Assembly (NCBI GenBank): GCA_949283535.1
Contig: CASDTC010000003.1
Span: 2,052-66,051 of the forward strand
DNA: 64,000 nt
Direction: 5' to 3'
Source of the DNA: an uncultured Pseudomonadota bacterium
GTDB lineage: Bacteria; Pseudomonadota; Alphaproteobacteria; Rs-D84
Made by a program: the position numbers and the translations under genes. A model generated the notes under the pieces. That model searched no databases. It was given only the letters and a program-made list of their open reading frames with translations, and was not told where the DNA came from. This document shows positions 27,840 through 38,988 of this stretch, one piece after another. Positions within the stretch are counted from its first letter, which is position 1; every line of letters starts with the position of its first letter.

Positions 27840-28563
27840 ATTAAAATTATTCATGATATTTTTTATGGTGGGAATGATTTCTGGACCGGTTCCATTGTAC
27901 GCAGCAGACGCAACCGCAAATGATGTTGAAAATGCAATTGCCACTGATGCAGAAATTACCGAAGATGATGTTGCTGCGGAATTAGAGGCAGCAAATGCCG
28001 ATGCGGTTGCTGCATATGATATGGACGGGTCGTTGTTTCAGCAAATAACAACATTGGAACAAGAAAAAGTTTTAATGGAACTGGAAAAAGAACGCGCACA
28101 ATTGGATTTAGAACTGGACAGATTGGCAGCGGAAAAAATAAAACTGCATATGGAAATAGATACTTTATCAGGACGCGCAGAACAGCAACAGCAGGAATTA
28201 GAAAATGCCCAGGCTGAACTGGAAGCCGAAGCCGCACGGTTGGAACGCGAAAAAGAACAGTTAGCCGCACAAACAGAAGAATTAAAATCTGGGGCGGAAA
28301 ATAAAACAAAATCCAGTTCGTCAAGCACAGATGAAACAGAATCAAAAATTAATTTTGGTGAAAAATATCGCTTGATAAATGTTGTTGGTGCGGGATCGCA
28401 ATTACAGGCAACGATTGAAGACCTGGATACAGGGCAGAATAAAACAATCAGTGTTGGCAAAGTTGTTGATGGATATACTGTGAAATCTATATCACTGGAT
28501 GAAGGAATTGTGTTTGCAGATGGTACAGATACCCAGACATTAAATATTACAAAATCTAAATAA
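27829..28563 (+). CDS. PilP-like periplasmic protein with long acidic coiled coil
   Basis: It has a signal peptide and a coiled coil of about 110 aa. The C-terminal beta domain (KYRLINVVGAGSQLQATIEDLDTGQNKTISVGKVVDGYTVKSISLDEGIVF) is typical of PilP/GspC-HR-like domains. Confidence 0.5.
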   Translation: MQNKLKLFMIFFMVGMISGPVPLYAADATANDVENAIATDAEITEDDVAAELEAANADAVAAYDMDGSLFQQITTLEQEKVLMELEKERAQLDLELDRLAAEKIKLHMEIDTLSGRAEQQQQELENAQAELEAEAARLEREKEQLAAQTEELKSGAENKTKSSSSSTDETESKINFGEKYRLINVVGAGSQLQATIEDLDTGQNKTISVGKVVDGYTVKSISLDEGIVFADGTDTQTLNITKSK

Positions 28564-28580
28564 ATTGTGGGCATGTACAC

Positions 28581-30218
28581 ATGAATGAAACAGAAAACAA
28601 TATTTTAAATAATGTACCAGTTGCGTTAAAACCGTCAATTCCGGCGGGATTGGAAAACGCAGATAACAAGGATATTGTTGATTATTTGTTTTCAAATGGT
28701 AATAGATTGCTGACTGCAACAGGGGCGGAACAAGAATTACCAAAAGATACCCAGGGTTTGGTTGCATATTTTTCGGGTGGTGAAATTATCATATCGCGTA
28801 CGCATCGATATGACGGGCGGGTGTTGGCTTTTCTGGATTTATTAAAAAAACGCGCGCGTCCAATGCGTATACCGTTTTATTCGGATTTGGGTCTGGTTTC
28901 CAGTATTTACAAGGCGTATGAAAGCAGACTGGGTGGCGCAACCCGTTCCCGCCAGGATTATGACAACCAAATGCAGAAAGATTTTGTCGATATTATCGCC
29001 AAGGCTGCTGCACAAAAGGTGTCAGATATTCATATAGAGGTTGCCGATCAAACAACAATTTATTTTCGTATCGATGGCAGTATGCAACCAGTATTGGAAT
29101 ATAATGCGGGGTGGGGGGAATCTTTTGTTCGTGCGGCGTTTGCATCATCGGATATTTCAAATGCAAACTATGCCCAGAATGAATATCAATCGGCGCAGAA
29201 AGATGGGCGAACCCCACTGCGCGGGACCAAGGATTTATATCTGCCGCGTGGAATTTTAAGTATTCGTATGCAATTTAATCCAATCGCATTCGGCAGTCGG
29301 TATGTTGTTATGCGATTGCTGTATGATAACCCGTCTGAGGGGATTAAAACCGAACAAGAATTCGGTGAATATGAACAGAAACTGTTGATGCGTTTGCGTT
29401 CGTTTCCAACGGGATTGGTTATTGTTGCTGGTCCAACCAGTTCGGGTAAGTCAACCACATTGGTGCGTAATATGTCATTGATGTTAAAAGAACATCACTA
29501 TGAAATAAATATGATAACGGTCGAAGATCCGGTTGAACAAAAAATATTTGGCGCGCACCAGATGCCTGTGGTTAATACAATGAACGAAGAACAGCGCGAA
29601 GAAAAATATACCGAAGCATTGGCGGCGGCATTGCGCAGCGACCCAGATACTTTAATGGTTGGTGAAATTCGTACGCTGGCGGCGGCGCAGTTAACGGTGC
29701 GTGGGGCATTGTCGGGGCATAATGTTTGGACAACACTGCACGCGAATTCGGCAATGGCGGCATTGACCAGATTGTTGGATTTGGGAATAGAGGCATTTAA
29801 ACTGAAAGAAGAAACATTGATGCGTGGATTGATATCTATGCGTCTGTTTAAAAAGTTATGTCCGTATTGTCGTGAACGATTAATTGACCACCCAGAAAAT
29901 CCGGCGTATCGCCGTGTGATGGATGCGTTTGGTGAATTGGGTTTGCGCCAGGTGTATATTCGTGGCGCAGGTTGTGAAGAATGCAAAGGCACGGGAACAC
30001 TGGGACGAATAAAAGCCGGTGAAATTATTATTACAAACAGTGAATTTTTGCGTTTGGCATTGTCTGGTAATACCGATGGGGCGGTTAAGTATTGGTTGGA
30101 AGAAATGGATGGACGCACATTGAAAGAGGCTGCCACATCACTGATGTTACAGGGTGTTATCGGGGTCGATGAACTGGAACGTTGGGTTGGGTTGCTGGAC
30201 AGACCGGGGGTGTATTGA
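28581..30218 (+). CDS. GspE/PilB-family secretion ATPase (R64 PilQ-like)
   Basis: It has Walker A (GPTSSGKST), a Walker B/Asp box (..DPDTLMVGEIR..), a His box (..GHNVWTTLHAN..) and a tetracysteine motif (CPYC...C..C). Confidence 0.88.
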   Translation: MNETENNILNNVPVALKPSIPAGLENADNKDIVDYLFSNGNRLLTATGAEQELPKDTQGLVAYFSGGEIIISRTHRYDGRVLAFLDLLKKRARPMRIPFYSDLGLVSSIYKAYESRLGGATRSRQDYDNQMQKDFVDIIAKAAAQKVSDIHIEVADQTTIYFRIDGSMQPVLEYNAGWGESFVRAAFASSDISNANYAQNEYQSAQKDGRTPLRGTKDLYLPRGILSIRMQFNPIAFGSRYVVMRLLYDNPSEGIKTEQEFGEYEQKLLMRLRSFPTGLVIVAGPTSSGKSTTLVRNMSLMLKEHHYEINMITVEDPVEQKIFGAHQMPVVNTMNEEQREEKYTEALAAALRSDPDTLMVGEIRTLAAAQLTVRGALSGHNVWTTLHANSAMAALTRLLDLGIEAFKLKEETLMRGLISMRLFKKLCPYCRERLIDHPENPAYRRVMDAFGELGLRQVYIRGAGCEECKGTGTLGRIKAGEIIITNSEFLRLALSGNTDGAVKYWLEEMDGRTLKEAATSLMLQGVIGVDELERWVGLLDRPGVY

Positions 30219-30219
30219 T

Positions 30220-31293
30220 ATGACATCAAGAATGGATCTGTGGTATGCGCGTATTGTTTTTCGTATGAATACGGAAAAAAGAATGGCCACCGCGCGCAAG
30301 CTGGCATCGCTGTTGCGTAATGATTTTACATTGATGGATGCGCTGGGGCGGATGGAGTCCATTGAATCCCACGGTGGTAAAAAGCCAAACGAACCATTTG
30401 CAATCGTTATGCGTGAATGGCAAAAAAACCTGGAACGCGGGATGAGTTTTTCTGATGCCACACGCGGTTGGGTGCCACCAGATGAAACACTGTTGGTGAC
30501 ATCGGGAAATTTGTCTGACTTGGTTGTTGCGCTGGAAAATGTCAGCCGGGTTGTTACCGGTACCCAGCGTATACGCCGCGCAATGGTAAATGCAATTGCG
30601 TATCCGTTATTCTTGCTGTTGTTGACATTTGGTATAATTATGTTGGTGGGGATTTATCTGGTCCCGCCATTGGCAGAAATTGCCGGTGATAGTATGGTGT
30701 GGCGTGGTATGGCGCGTTCGCTGATATGGCTGTCTGAATTTTCAATACAGTATTGGTATATTATTTTGGGTATGTTTGTTGCACTGTGTGCTATTATCGG
30801 TATCAGTTTACCAAATTGGTCGGGACGGTTGCGTGCAAAATTTGATAAGTTGCCACCATGGAATGTTTATAAAATTCAAATGTCTGTGGGCTGGTTGATG
30901 AGTTTGTCGTCAATGGTTGCCGCCGGTATTACAATACCAGATGCAATGCGTATGCTGGCGGATAATTCAAATAAATACCTGCGTGATATACTGGAAGAAA
31001 CATTGCACTATATCGCAAATGGCGCAAATCTGGGGGCGGCATTAAACAATACAGGGCGCGATTTTCCAAATTCAGAAATAATTGGCGATTTGGCAATATA
31101 TGCTGATATGAATGGTTTTGATGAAAATTTGGGGCGTGTGGCAAATGATTATCTGGAAGAATCTGTGCGCAAAATGGAATCTGTATCAAATGCATTAAAT
31201 AGTATTGGAATTTTACTGGTATCGGCGATTATTGCATGGGTCGTGCTGGGTACTTTCCAGATGCAAGATCAAATTACCAGCGCACTGACATAA
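30220..31293 (+). CDS. GspF/PilC-family inner-membrane platform protein (R64 PilR-like)
   Basis: The start was trimmed to ATG 30220 (TGATATG junction with the ATPase stop). It has three TM segments and a duplicated cytoplasmic-helical architecture. Confidence 0.75.
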   Translation: MTSRMDLWYARIVFRMNTEKRMATARKLASLLRNDFTLMDALGRMESIESHGGKKPNEPFAIVMREWQKNLERGMSFSDATRGWVPPDETLLVTSGNLSDLVVALENVSRVVTGTQRIRRAMVNAIAYPLFLLLLTFGIIMLVGIYLVPPLAEIAGDSMVWRGMARSLIWLSEFSIQYWYIILGMFVALCAIIGISLPNWSGRLRAKFDKLPPWNVYKIQMSVGWLMSLSSMVAAGITIPDAMRMLADNSNKYLRDILEETLHYIANGANLGAALNNTGRDFPNSEIIGDLAIYADMNGFDENLGRVANDYLEESVRKMESVSNALNSIGILLVSAIIAWVVLGTFQMQDQITSALT

Positions 31294-31350
31294 AACAGGG
31301 CGCATTTGCACTTTGAACTTTGTAATCTGGTATAAAACGCCAATGGCATT

Positions 31351-34394
<3,044 letters not shown>

Positions 34395-34413
34395 TTAAAT
34401 ATGGGGTGTTATT

Positions 34414-34710
34414 ATGGCAGAAAATGATTTTACAGTTGATGAATATGGCGAAATTCACCGTAATTCTGAACCACAGCGGATTGAAAATGATGCGCTGTGG
34501 CGTGAATATCAACAGTTGGAATATGAAATTTTTTCACACAATGATAAAAGTCCGGAAAAGTTGGCGCGTTTTCAAGAACTGGAAAAGCAATTGGGCATAA
34601 CACAGCAGAAAAAGAATGCGTTTATTAATGCAAAAAATAAATTGCGTGAAAATGCGCAACAGACAATGTCAATAACGCAAATTTTGTCAAAAGAAAATCA
34701 AAACGATTAA
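34414..34710 (+). CDS. hypothetical protein (98 aa)
   Basis: It is a compact, charged, helical ORF between gyrB and a repair-gene pair. No family was recognised. Confidence 0.4.
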   Translation: MAENDFTVDEYGEIHRNSEPQRIENDALWREYQQLEYEIFSHNDKSPEKLARFQELEKQLGITQQKKNAFINAKNKLRENAQQTMSITQILSKENQND

Positions 34711-34713
34711 CTT

Positions 34714-35385
34714 ATGATATTCTCTGCGGATTGGTTTTTTGATCTGGATCAGCAATTGCGCAAAATGGGACTAGATTCCGATGCGCAATCGTTTGATGAA
34801 ATACGCGAAAATTTGTCACACCGGCATGTCTTGGATGCGGACGCGTTCGCAGAAAATTGTGTCTATGTAATATTGGCGGGCGGTTTTTCGCAAAAGACGG
34901 CAAAAAGAATTCATGGGCAAATTATGAATTATATTCATGCAAATGGTGCAGATTTTGATGGGCTGTTTGCAATGTTTCATAATAAAAATAAAATCAATGC
35001 CGTGTGTAAAATATGGAATAATCGTGCAGAATTTTGTCGCAAATATTATGATTTAGATAATACAGATGCGCGAATAAAATATTTATCAAAACTGCCGCAT
35101 ATTGGAAAAATTACAGCAAATCATCTGGCGCGTAATCTGGGCGAAGATGTTGTTAAATATGATATTTGGATACAGCGATTGGGTGTTATTTATGCGCATA
35201 ATCCGGCATTGGCGGAAAAAATAGACAACGGAAATTTATGCAATGAAATAAAATGTGCATGTGATGATATGTTCACAGATTTATGTCGCCAGACAGGGTT
35301 GCCACGTGGCTATATTGATGTTGTATTGTGGAAAAGCGCACAGGTTGGATTAATAAAGGAATTAAAGCATGAATGTAAAAATTGA
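34714..35385 (+). CDS. helix-hairpin-helix (HhH-GPD-like) putative DNA glycosylase
   Basis: It carries the HhH-type segment LPHIGKITANHLARNLG and overlaps the ung start, which suggests co-translation with a repair gene. Confidence 0.4.
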   Translation: MIFSADWFFDLDQQLRKMGLDSDAQSFDEIRENLSHRHVLDADAFAENCVYVILAGGFSQKTAKRIHGQIMNYIHANGADFDGLFAMFHNKNKINAVCKIWNNRAEFCRKYYDLDNTDARIKYLSKLPHIGKITANHLARNLGEDVVKYDIWIQRLGVIYAHNPALAEKIDNGNLCNEIKCACDDMFTDLCRQTGLPRGYIDVVLWKSAQVGLIKELKHECKN

Positions 35386-36031
35386 ACAATCATGGAAAAA
35401 TGCGTTAAGTGCCGAATTTGATAAAGATTATTTTATTAAACTGACCGATTTTGTACGGGGTGAATATCTGGCGGGGCATGCGGTATATCCGGCACCTGCA
35501 AATATTTTTAATGCGTTTAATTTATGTCCATTGGAAAATGTAAAGGTTGTTATTATTGGTCAAGACCCATATCATGAACCAGGGCAGGCGCACGGACTGT
35601 GTTTTTCTGTACTGCCGCCGACACCGATTCCGCCATCGCTGGTAAATATTTATAAAGAAATTCAAAATGACATGGGGCGCCCGTCAAAAACGCATGGCGA
35701 TTTAACAGATTGGGCGCGCCAGGGTGTTTTATTGCTGAATGCGACATTGACTGTTGCTGCGCATCGGGCGGCATCACATGTTGGACGCGGTTGGGAACAA
35801 TTTACAGATGCGGTTATACGCGTTGTTTCTGGGCGGTCAAATATCGTTTATATGCTGTGGGGCAGTTATGCCCAGCGCAAGGCAGAATTTGTTAACCCAG
35901 AAAATAATTTAATTTTAAAAAGTGTTCATCCATCACCGTTATCTGCCAGTCGTGGATTTTTTGGTAATCATCATTTTTCACGCGCAAATCAATATTTGAT
36001 TGAACATGGCAAAACACCGATTGATTGGTAA
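35369..36031 (+). CDS. ung: uracil-DNA glycosylase
   Basis: It has the GQDPYH water-activating loop, the HPSPLS DNA-intercalation loop and LLLN. Confidence 0.92.
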   Translation: MNVKIEQSWKNALSAEFDKDYFIKLTDFVRGEYLAGHAVYPAPANIFNAFNLCPLENVKVVIIGQDPYHEPGQAHGLCFSVLPPTPIPPSLVNIYKEIQNDMGRPSKTHGDLTDWARQGVLLLNATLTVAAHRAASHVGRGWEQFTDAVIRVVSGRSNIVYMLWGSYAQRKAEFVNPENNLILKSVHPSPLSASRGFFGNHHFSRANQYLIEHGKTPIDW

Positions 36032-36061
36032 AATAAAAAAAACTGGCATTGCCAGTTTTTT
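36032..36061. terminator. bidirectional intrinsic terminator
   Basis: The sequence is an A-run, ACTGGC-ATT-GCCAGT, then a T-run. Confidence 0.75.
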
Positions 36062-36620
36062 AAAAACTGTATGTAAATCCGGCGCCATAGAATGCGTATG
36101 AATAATTTTCAGTGGCGGTATTTGCATTTGAAAAATGTTGAACGAATATTTCAATACCCCAATTATCATTTATTCTGTATCCGCCAATTAATTTAAATTG
36201 AAACAGTAATTTTGCCCCCAGTCGTTCATTTTCTTTTACCTGTAAACCGGCACCAATACTGGTTGCAAAATACCAATTGTCGCCGTGTGCCAGGGCGATA
36301 TCTTCACTTAAAAATATCATTGGTATAGTATATCTATCCCAATCCCATCCATATTTACTGCCCAGTCCAATTGTTTGACCAATGTTTATTGATTGGCGTG
36401 CCGGTAATTTAAAGAATGTTGTCGGCTGGGAATACTGTAAATGCAGAAAATAAAATGGTACCAACTGTGATGGTGGTGGAACCAAAAAGCCACTGTTAAC
36501 ACCCTGGCCAATGTTCAGGGCAATTTGATTTTCGTTTTCACCCATGAATGGGTTTGCGTCTGCATATGCGGCGGATACCGCAAAAATTATGGTAAATAAA
36601 GATATCGCGAATTTTTTCAT
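36060..36620 (-). CDS. pagL: outer-membrane lipid A 3-O-deacylase (PagL-like acyloxyacyl hydrolase)
   Basis: It has a signal peptide, an 8-strand beta-barrel size, a terminal F, and an HFSNA motif like the PagL catalytic His/Ser segment. Confidence 0.55.
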   Translation of the reverse strand: MKKFAISLFTIIFAVSAAYADANPFMGENENQIALNIGQGVNSGFLVPPPSQLVPFYFLHLQYSQPTTFFKLPARQSINIGQTIGLGSKYGWDWDRYTIPMIFLSEDIALAHGDNWYFATSIGAGLQVKENERLGAKLLFQFKLIGGYRINDNWGIEIFVQHFSNANTATENYSYAFYGAGFTYSF

Positions 36621-36709
36621 ACGCGCAATATATAATATATAAAAAATCTTTGCAACAACAATTTATTAAATTTTATAATGATTTTATGTATGAATAAAAT
36701 CATTTATAT

Positions 36710-37618
36710 TTAATACAGCCCTGTTTCATGTGCAACGGTCCACCATATATCTGAAAATATTGGGCGTGTGTTTTCTGGTCCCCATGGTTTCATCCAATTA
36801 GAATAATGTATTACAACCAGGTTATGATATAAATCATTGATTTCATATTGTGAATGCGTTTTAAATATCCATGCACCCAGCATAGTTTGAAAATTATACT
36901 TTAATGGTAAAAACAGTATTCGACCGCGCAGTGTATAATTTATTAAATCTTGGTCGGGATTATTGTATTTTTTTCTGTTTGCAACAGATATCCATTTTTC
37001 ATATATTTTTTCAGCACGAATTTGTTTTAAATTCATAACCAGAAATCCAGAATTTATATATCCATTTGTATAATCTGGGATGCCGGCTAAAACTTTATCA
37101 CCCATATCCAGGCGCGATAATTCAATTAAATCATCGCGGAATATTATGTCGATATCTGCATATATTATTTGGTCAATATTTGGTAATAATTTTGGCAATT
37201 GCAGGCGCCAAAATACGGCGGCGGGCCAACCACTGCGATATGCATTGTCAAAGTCATTATTTGCAGATAAAAATATTATGCGTGATTTTGTACCGTGGGT
37301 CATACTTGATACAATTTTGCGATGTTCTGGGGAAACGCCACTGTCAACAACACAATATATATCATAATCGCATCTGTTTTTTGATGCCAGAATCAGTGAT
37401 TTTATTGATACGCATGCCAGTTTATATCCATTGTCATTAAAGCAAAATGCAATGGGAATTCTTTTATTATATTTATGTAATGGTATATGTTGTCGTGGTG
37501 CGCCAATAATATGTTTAAATCTGATTTTATCACGGATTTGTCGACGCGCAGTGCGTGTTCGACCAATGATTGACAAGATTTTTGCAATAAATTCGCGTGT
37601 TTTCCAATTATTTCGCAT
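36710..37618 (-). CDS. glycosyltransferase family 8 (LPS-type retaining GT)
   Basis: It has the GT8 layout: ..IPIAFCFNDNGY.., DxD (YADIDIIF) and ..NSGFLVMNL.. ..DQDLINY... Confidence 0.75.
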   Translation of the reverse strand: MRNNWKTREFIAKILSIIGRTRTARRQIRDKIRFKHIIGAPRQHIPLHKYNKRIPIAFCFNDNGYKLACVSIKSLILASKNRCDYDIYCVVDSGVSPEHRKIVSSMTHGTKSRIIFLSANNDFDNAYRSGWPAAVFWRLQLPKLLPNIDQIIYADIDIIFRDDLIELSRLDMGDKVLAGIPDYTNGYINSGFLVMNLKQIRAEKIYEKWISVANRKKYNNPDQDLINYTLRGRILFLPLKYNFQTMLGAWIFKTHSQYEINDLYHNLVVIHYSNWMKPWGPENTRPIFSDIWWTVAHETGLY

Positions 37619-37840
37619 ACTTTAAACCCCTGGGTTGAATAAAACTAAAAAGCCGTCATTTTTATCAGACGGCAGGAGTTTCAACACTATTGTATGCGTA
37701 ATAGCGTGATGCTTTCGATATATGACATCACACTCCTGCCGATGTATAGCAGGAGGCATTTAACGTCTGCACAGACGCGCATACAATGGGTGTTGAATCC
37801 CAGTATCGGAACCCCCGATACAATTAACATGATAAAATTG
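37619..37840 (-). promoter_or_regulatory. structured 5' leader of the GT8 gene: four-way junction plus terminator/antiterminator (riboswitch-like)
   Basis: Given in plus coordinates. P1 pairs 37680-98 with 37778-97 (18 bp). Three internal hairpins lie at 37706-31, 37733-55 and 37764-77. The terminator pairs 37652-57 with 37668-73 and has a U5 run only in minus sense. The 10-nt segment 37670-79 is perfectly complementary to 37732-41. Confidence 0.55.
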
Positions 37841-37869
37841 TCGAAAATAAAAAGCAAATTATTTGTTGC

Positions 37870-37897
37870 TTGCAATTAGAATTTTCTTTGTTATAAT
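37870..37897 (+). promoter_or_regulatory. sigma70-type promoter of tRNA-Met(CAT)
   Basis: TTGCAA - 16 nt - TATAAT lies 10 nt upstream of the tRNA 5' end. Confidence 0.6.
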
Positions 37898-37907
37898 TCG
37901 GGGCATT

Positions 37908-37984
37908 GGCGGGATAGCTCAGCTGGTTAGAGCAGTGGAATCATAATCCACGTGTCGGGGGTTCAAGTCCCTCTCCCGCTACCA
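37908..37984 (+). tRNA. tRNA with CAT anticodon (elongator Met or lysidine-modified Ile2), CCA encoded
   Basis: The cloverleaf GGCGGGA/TCCCGCT.ACCA has anticodon arm GTGGA-ATCATAA-TCCAC and T-arm GGGGG-TTCAAGT-CCCTC. Confidence 0.88.
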
Positions 37985-38011
37985 AAATCAAACCGGGCGA
38001 ATGCCCGATTT
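37968..38011 (+). repeat. direct repeat copy 1 (tRNA 3' end plus its terminator)
   Basis: TCCCTCTCCCGCTACCAAAATCAAACCGGGCGAATGCCCGATTT matches 38141-38184 at 43 of 44 positions. Confidence 0.9.
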
Positions 38012-38140
38012 TATTTTGGTATTTGTGTATGTGGACTTGAACCCCCGGGAAAGGGGGTTCAATCAAACAAATAGGCGCGTGGGAACGCGCCGGTTGCGGA
38101 CAGCAAATTTGTGCAGATGCGTCCACGCCAGTGGACGAAT

Positions 38141-38184
38141 TCCCTCTCCCGCTACCAAAATTAAACCGGGCGAATGCCCGATTT
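38141..38184 (+). repeat. direct repeat copy 2 (orphan tRNA 3' end plus terminator)
   Basis: TCCCTCTCCCGCTACCAAAATTAAACCGGGCGAATGCCCGATTT has no complete tRNA body in front of it. Confidence 0.9.
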
Positions 38185-38194
38185 GATTTTTTTA

Positions 38195-38863
38195 TTAAAA
38201 CTTGTTTCCGGTTTTTTCAAATCGTTTGTGTATGCATCCGATTGTAGTTTTATGTACACCGGCGGTTATGTCATAGTATATAAATCGTCCATCGCGGCGC
38301 GATTTCACAAAATCATCATCCAATAATTTTTTTAAATACTGGGATACTTTTATTTGTGGTATGCCGGTACCAGATACGATTTCTGATACGCATGATTCAC
38401 CATTATATATCAAGTATTCCAGTATGCGCATCTTGTCATAATTTGCAAACAGTTTTATCCGGTTTGCCGCCATTGTTGTATAATCTGTTGGCAAGATTTC
38501 TTTGTGTCCCGTGCGCAGAAATTTTAATTGGTCCGTCATATGACCAAACAGTTTGCGCAGGCAAACAAATATACTGGCGGGGTATTCGCGACATATTTCA
38601 TAATAAATAAATATCCCGCGGCGGTGTGTTTGTACCAAATCTGCATCGCGCATTTTACGCAGTGATTGCGATACTATCATTTGTTCGGCACCAACGGCGC
38701 GTGCAATTGCCGATACAGATGATGCGCCATATACATCCAGATATTCTAGTATACGCAAACGCAGTGGGTGCGCAATATATGTCAACCCGCGGACCGCGCG
38801 TTCCATAATGGCATCTGGTAACATGCATTTTATTTTTACATCTGGCAGAATTTGGTTCGACAT
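38195..38863 (-). CDS. transcriptional regulator with two tandem ArsR/SmtB-type winged-HTH domains
   Basis: It contains two copies of the pattern ..RLRILEYL...G..SV..IA...G......VSQ.L.K.....V...R.G.FIYY.I. Confidence 0.7.
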   Translation of the reverse strand: MSNQILPDVKIKCMLPDAIMERAVRGLTYIAHPLRLRILEYLDVYGASSVSAIARAVGAEQMIVSQSLRKMRDADLVQTHRRGIFIYYEICREYPASIFVCLRKLFGHMTDQLKFLRTGHKEILPTDYTTMAANRIKLFANYDKMRILEYLIYNGESCVSEIVSGTGIPQIKVSQYLKKLLDDDFVKSRRDGRFIYYDITAGVHKTTIGCIHKRFEKTGNKF

Positions 38864-38912
38864 ATCATTAATATAACATTATTTTTTTAAATCGTAAATA
38901 AATTATTTGACT

Positions 38913-38960
38913 TTTTGATATGTATTAATTATTATATATATAAATTTTGATATATATTAA
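38913..38960. promoter_or_regulatory. two 16-bp direct repeats in the divergent promoter region (candidate operator)
   Basis: TTTTGATATGTATTAA (38913-28) and TTTTGATATATATTAA (38945-60) start 32 bp apart, about 3 helical turns. Confidence 0.4.
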
Positions 38961-38988
38961 AAATACAATGTTTTGAAAGGGGAAATGT

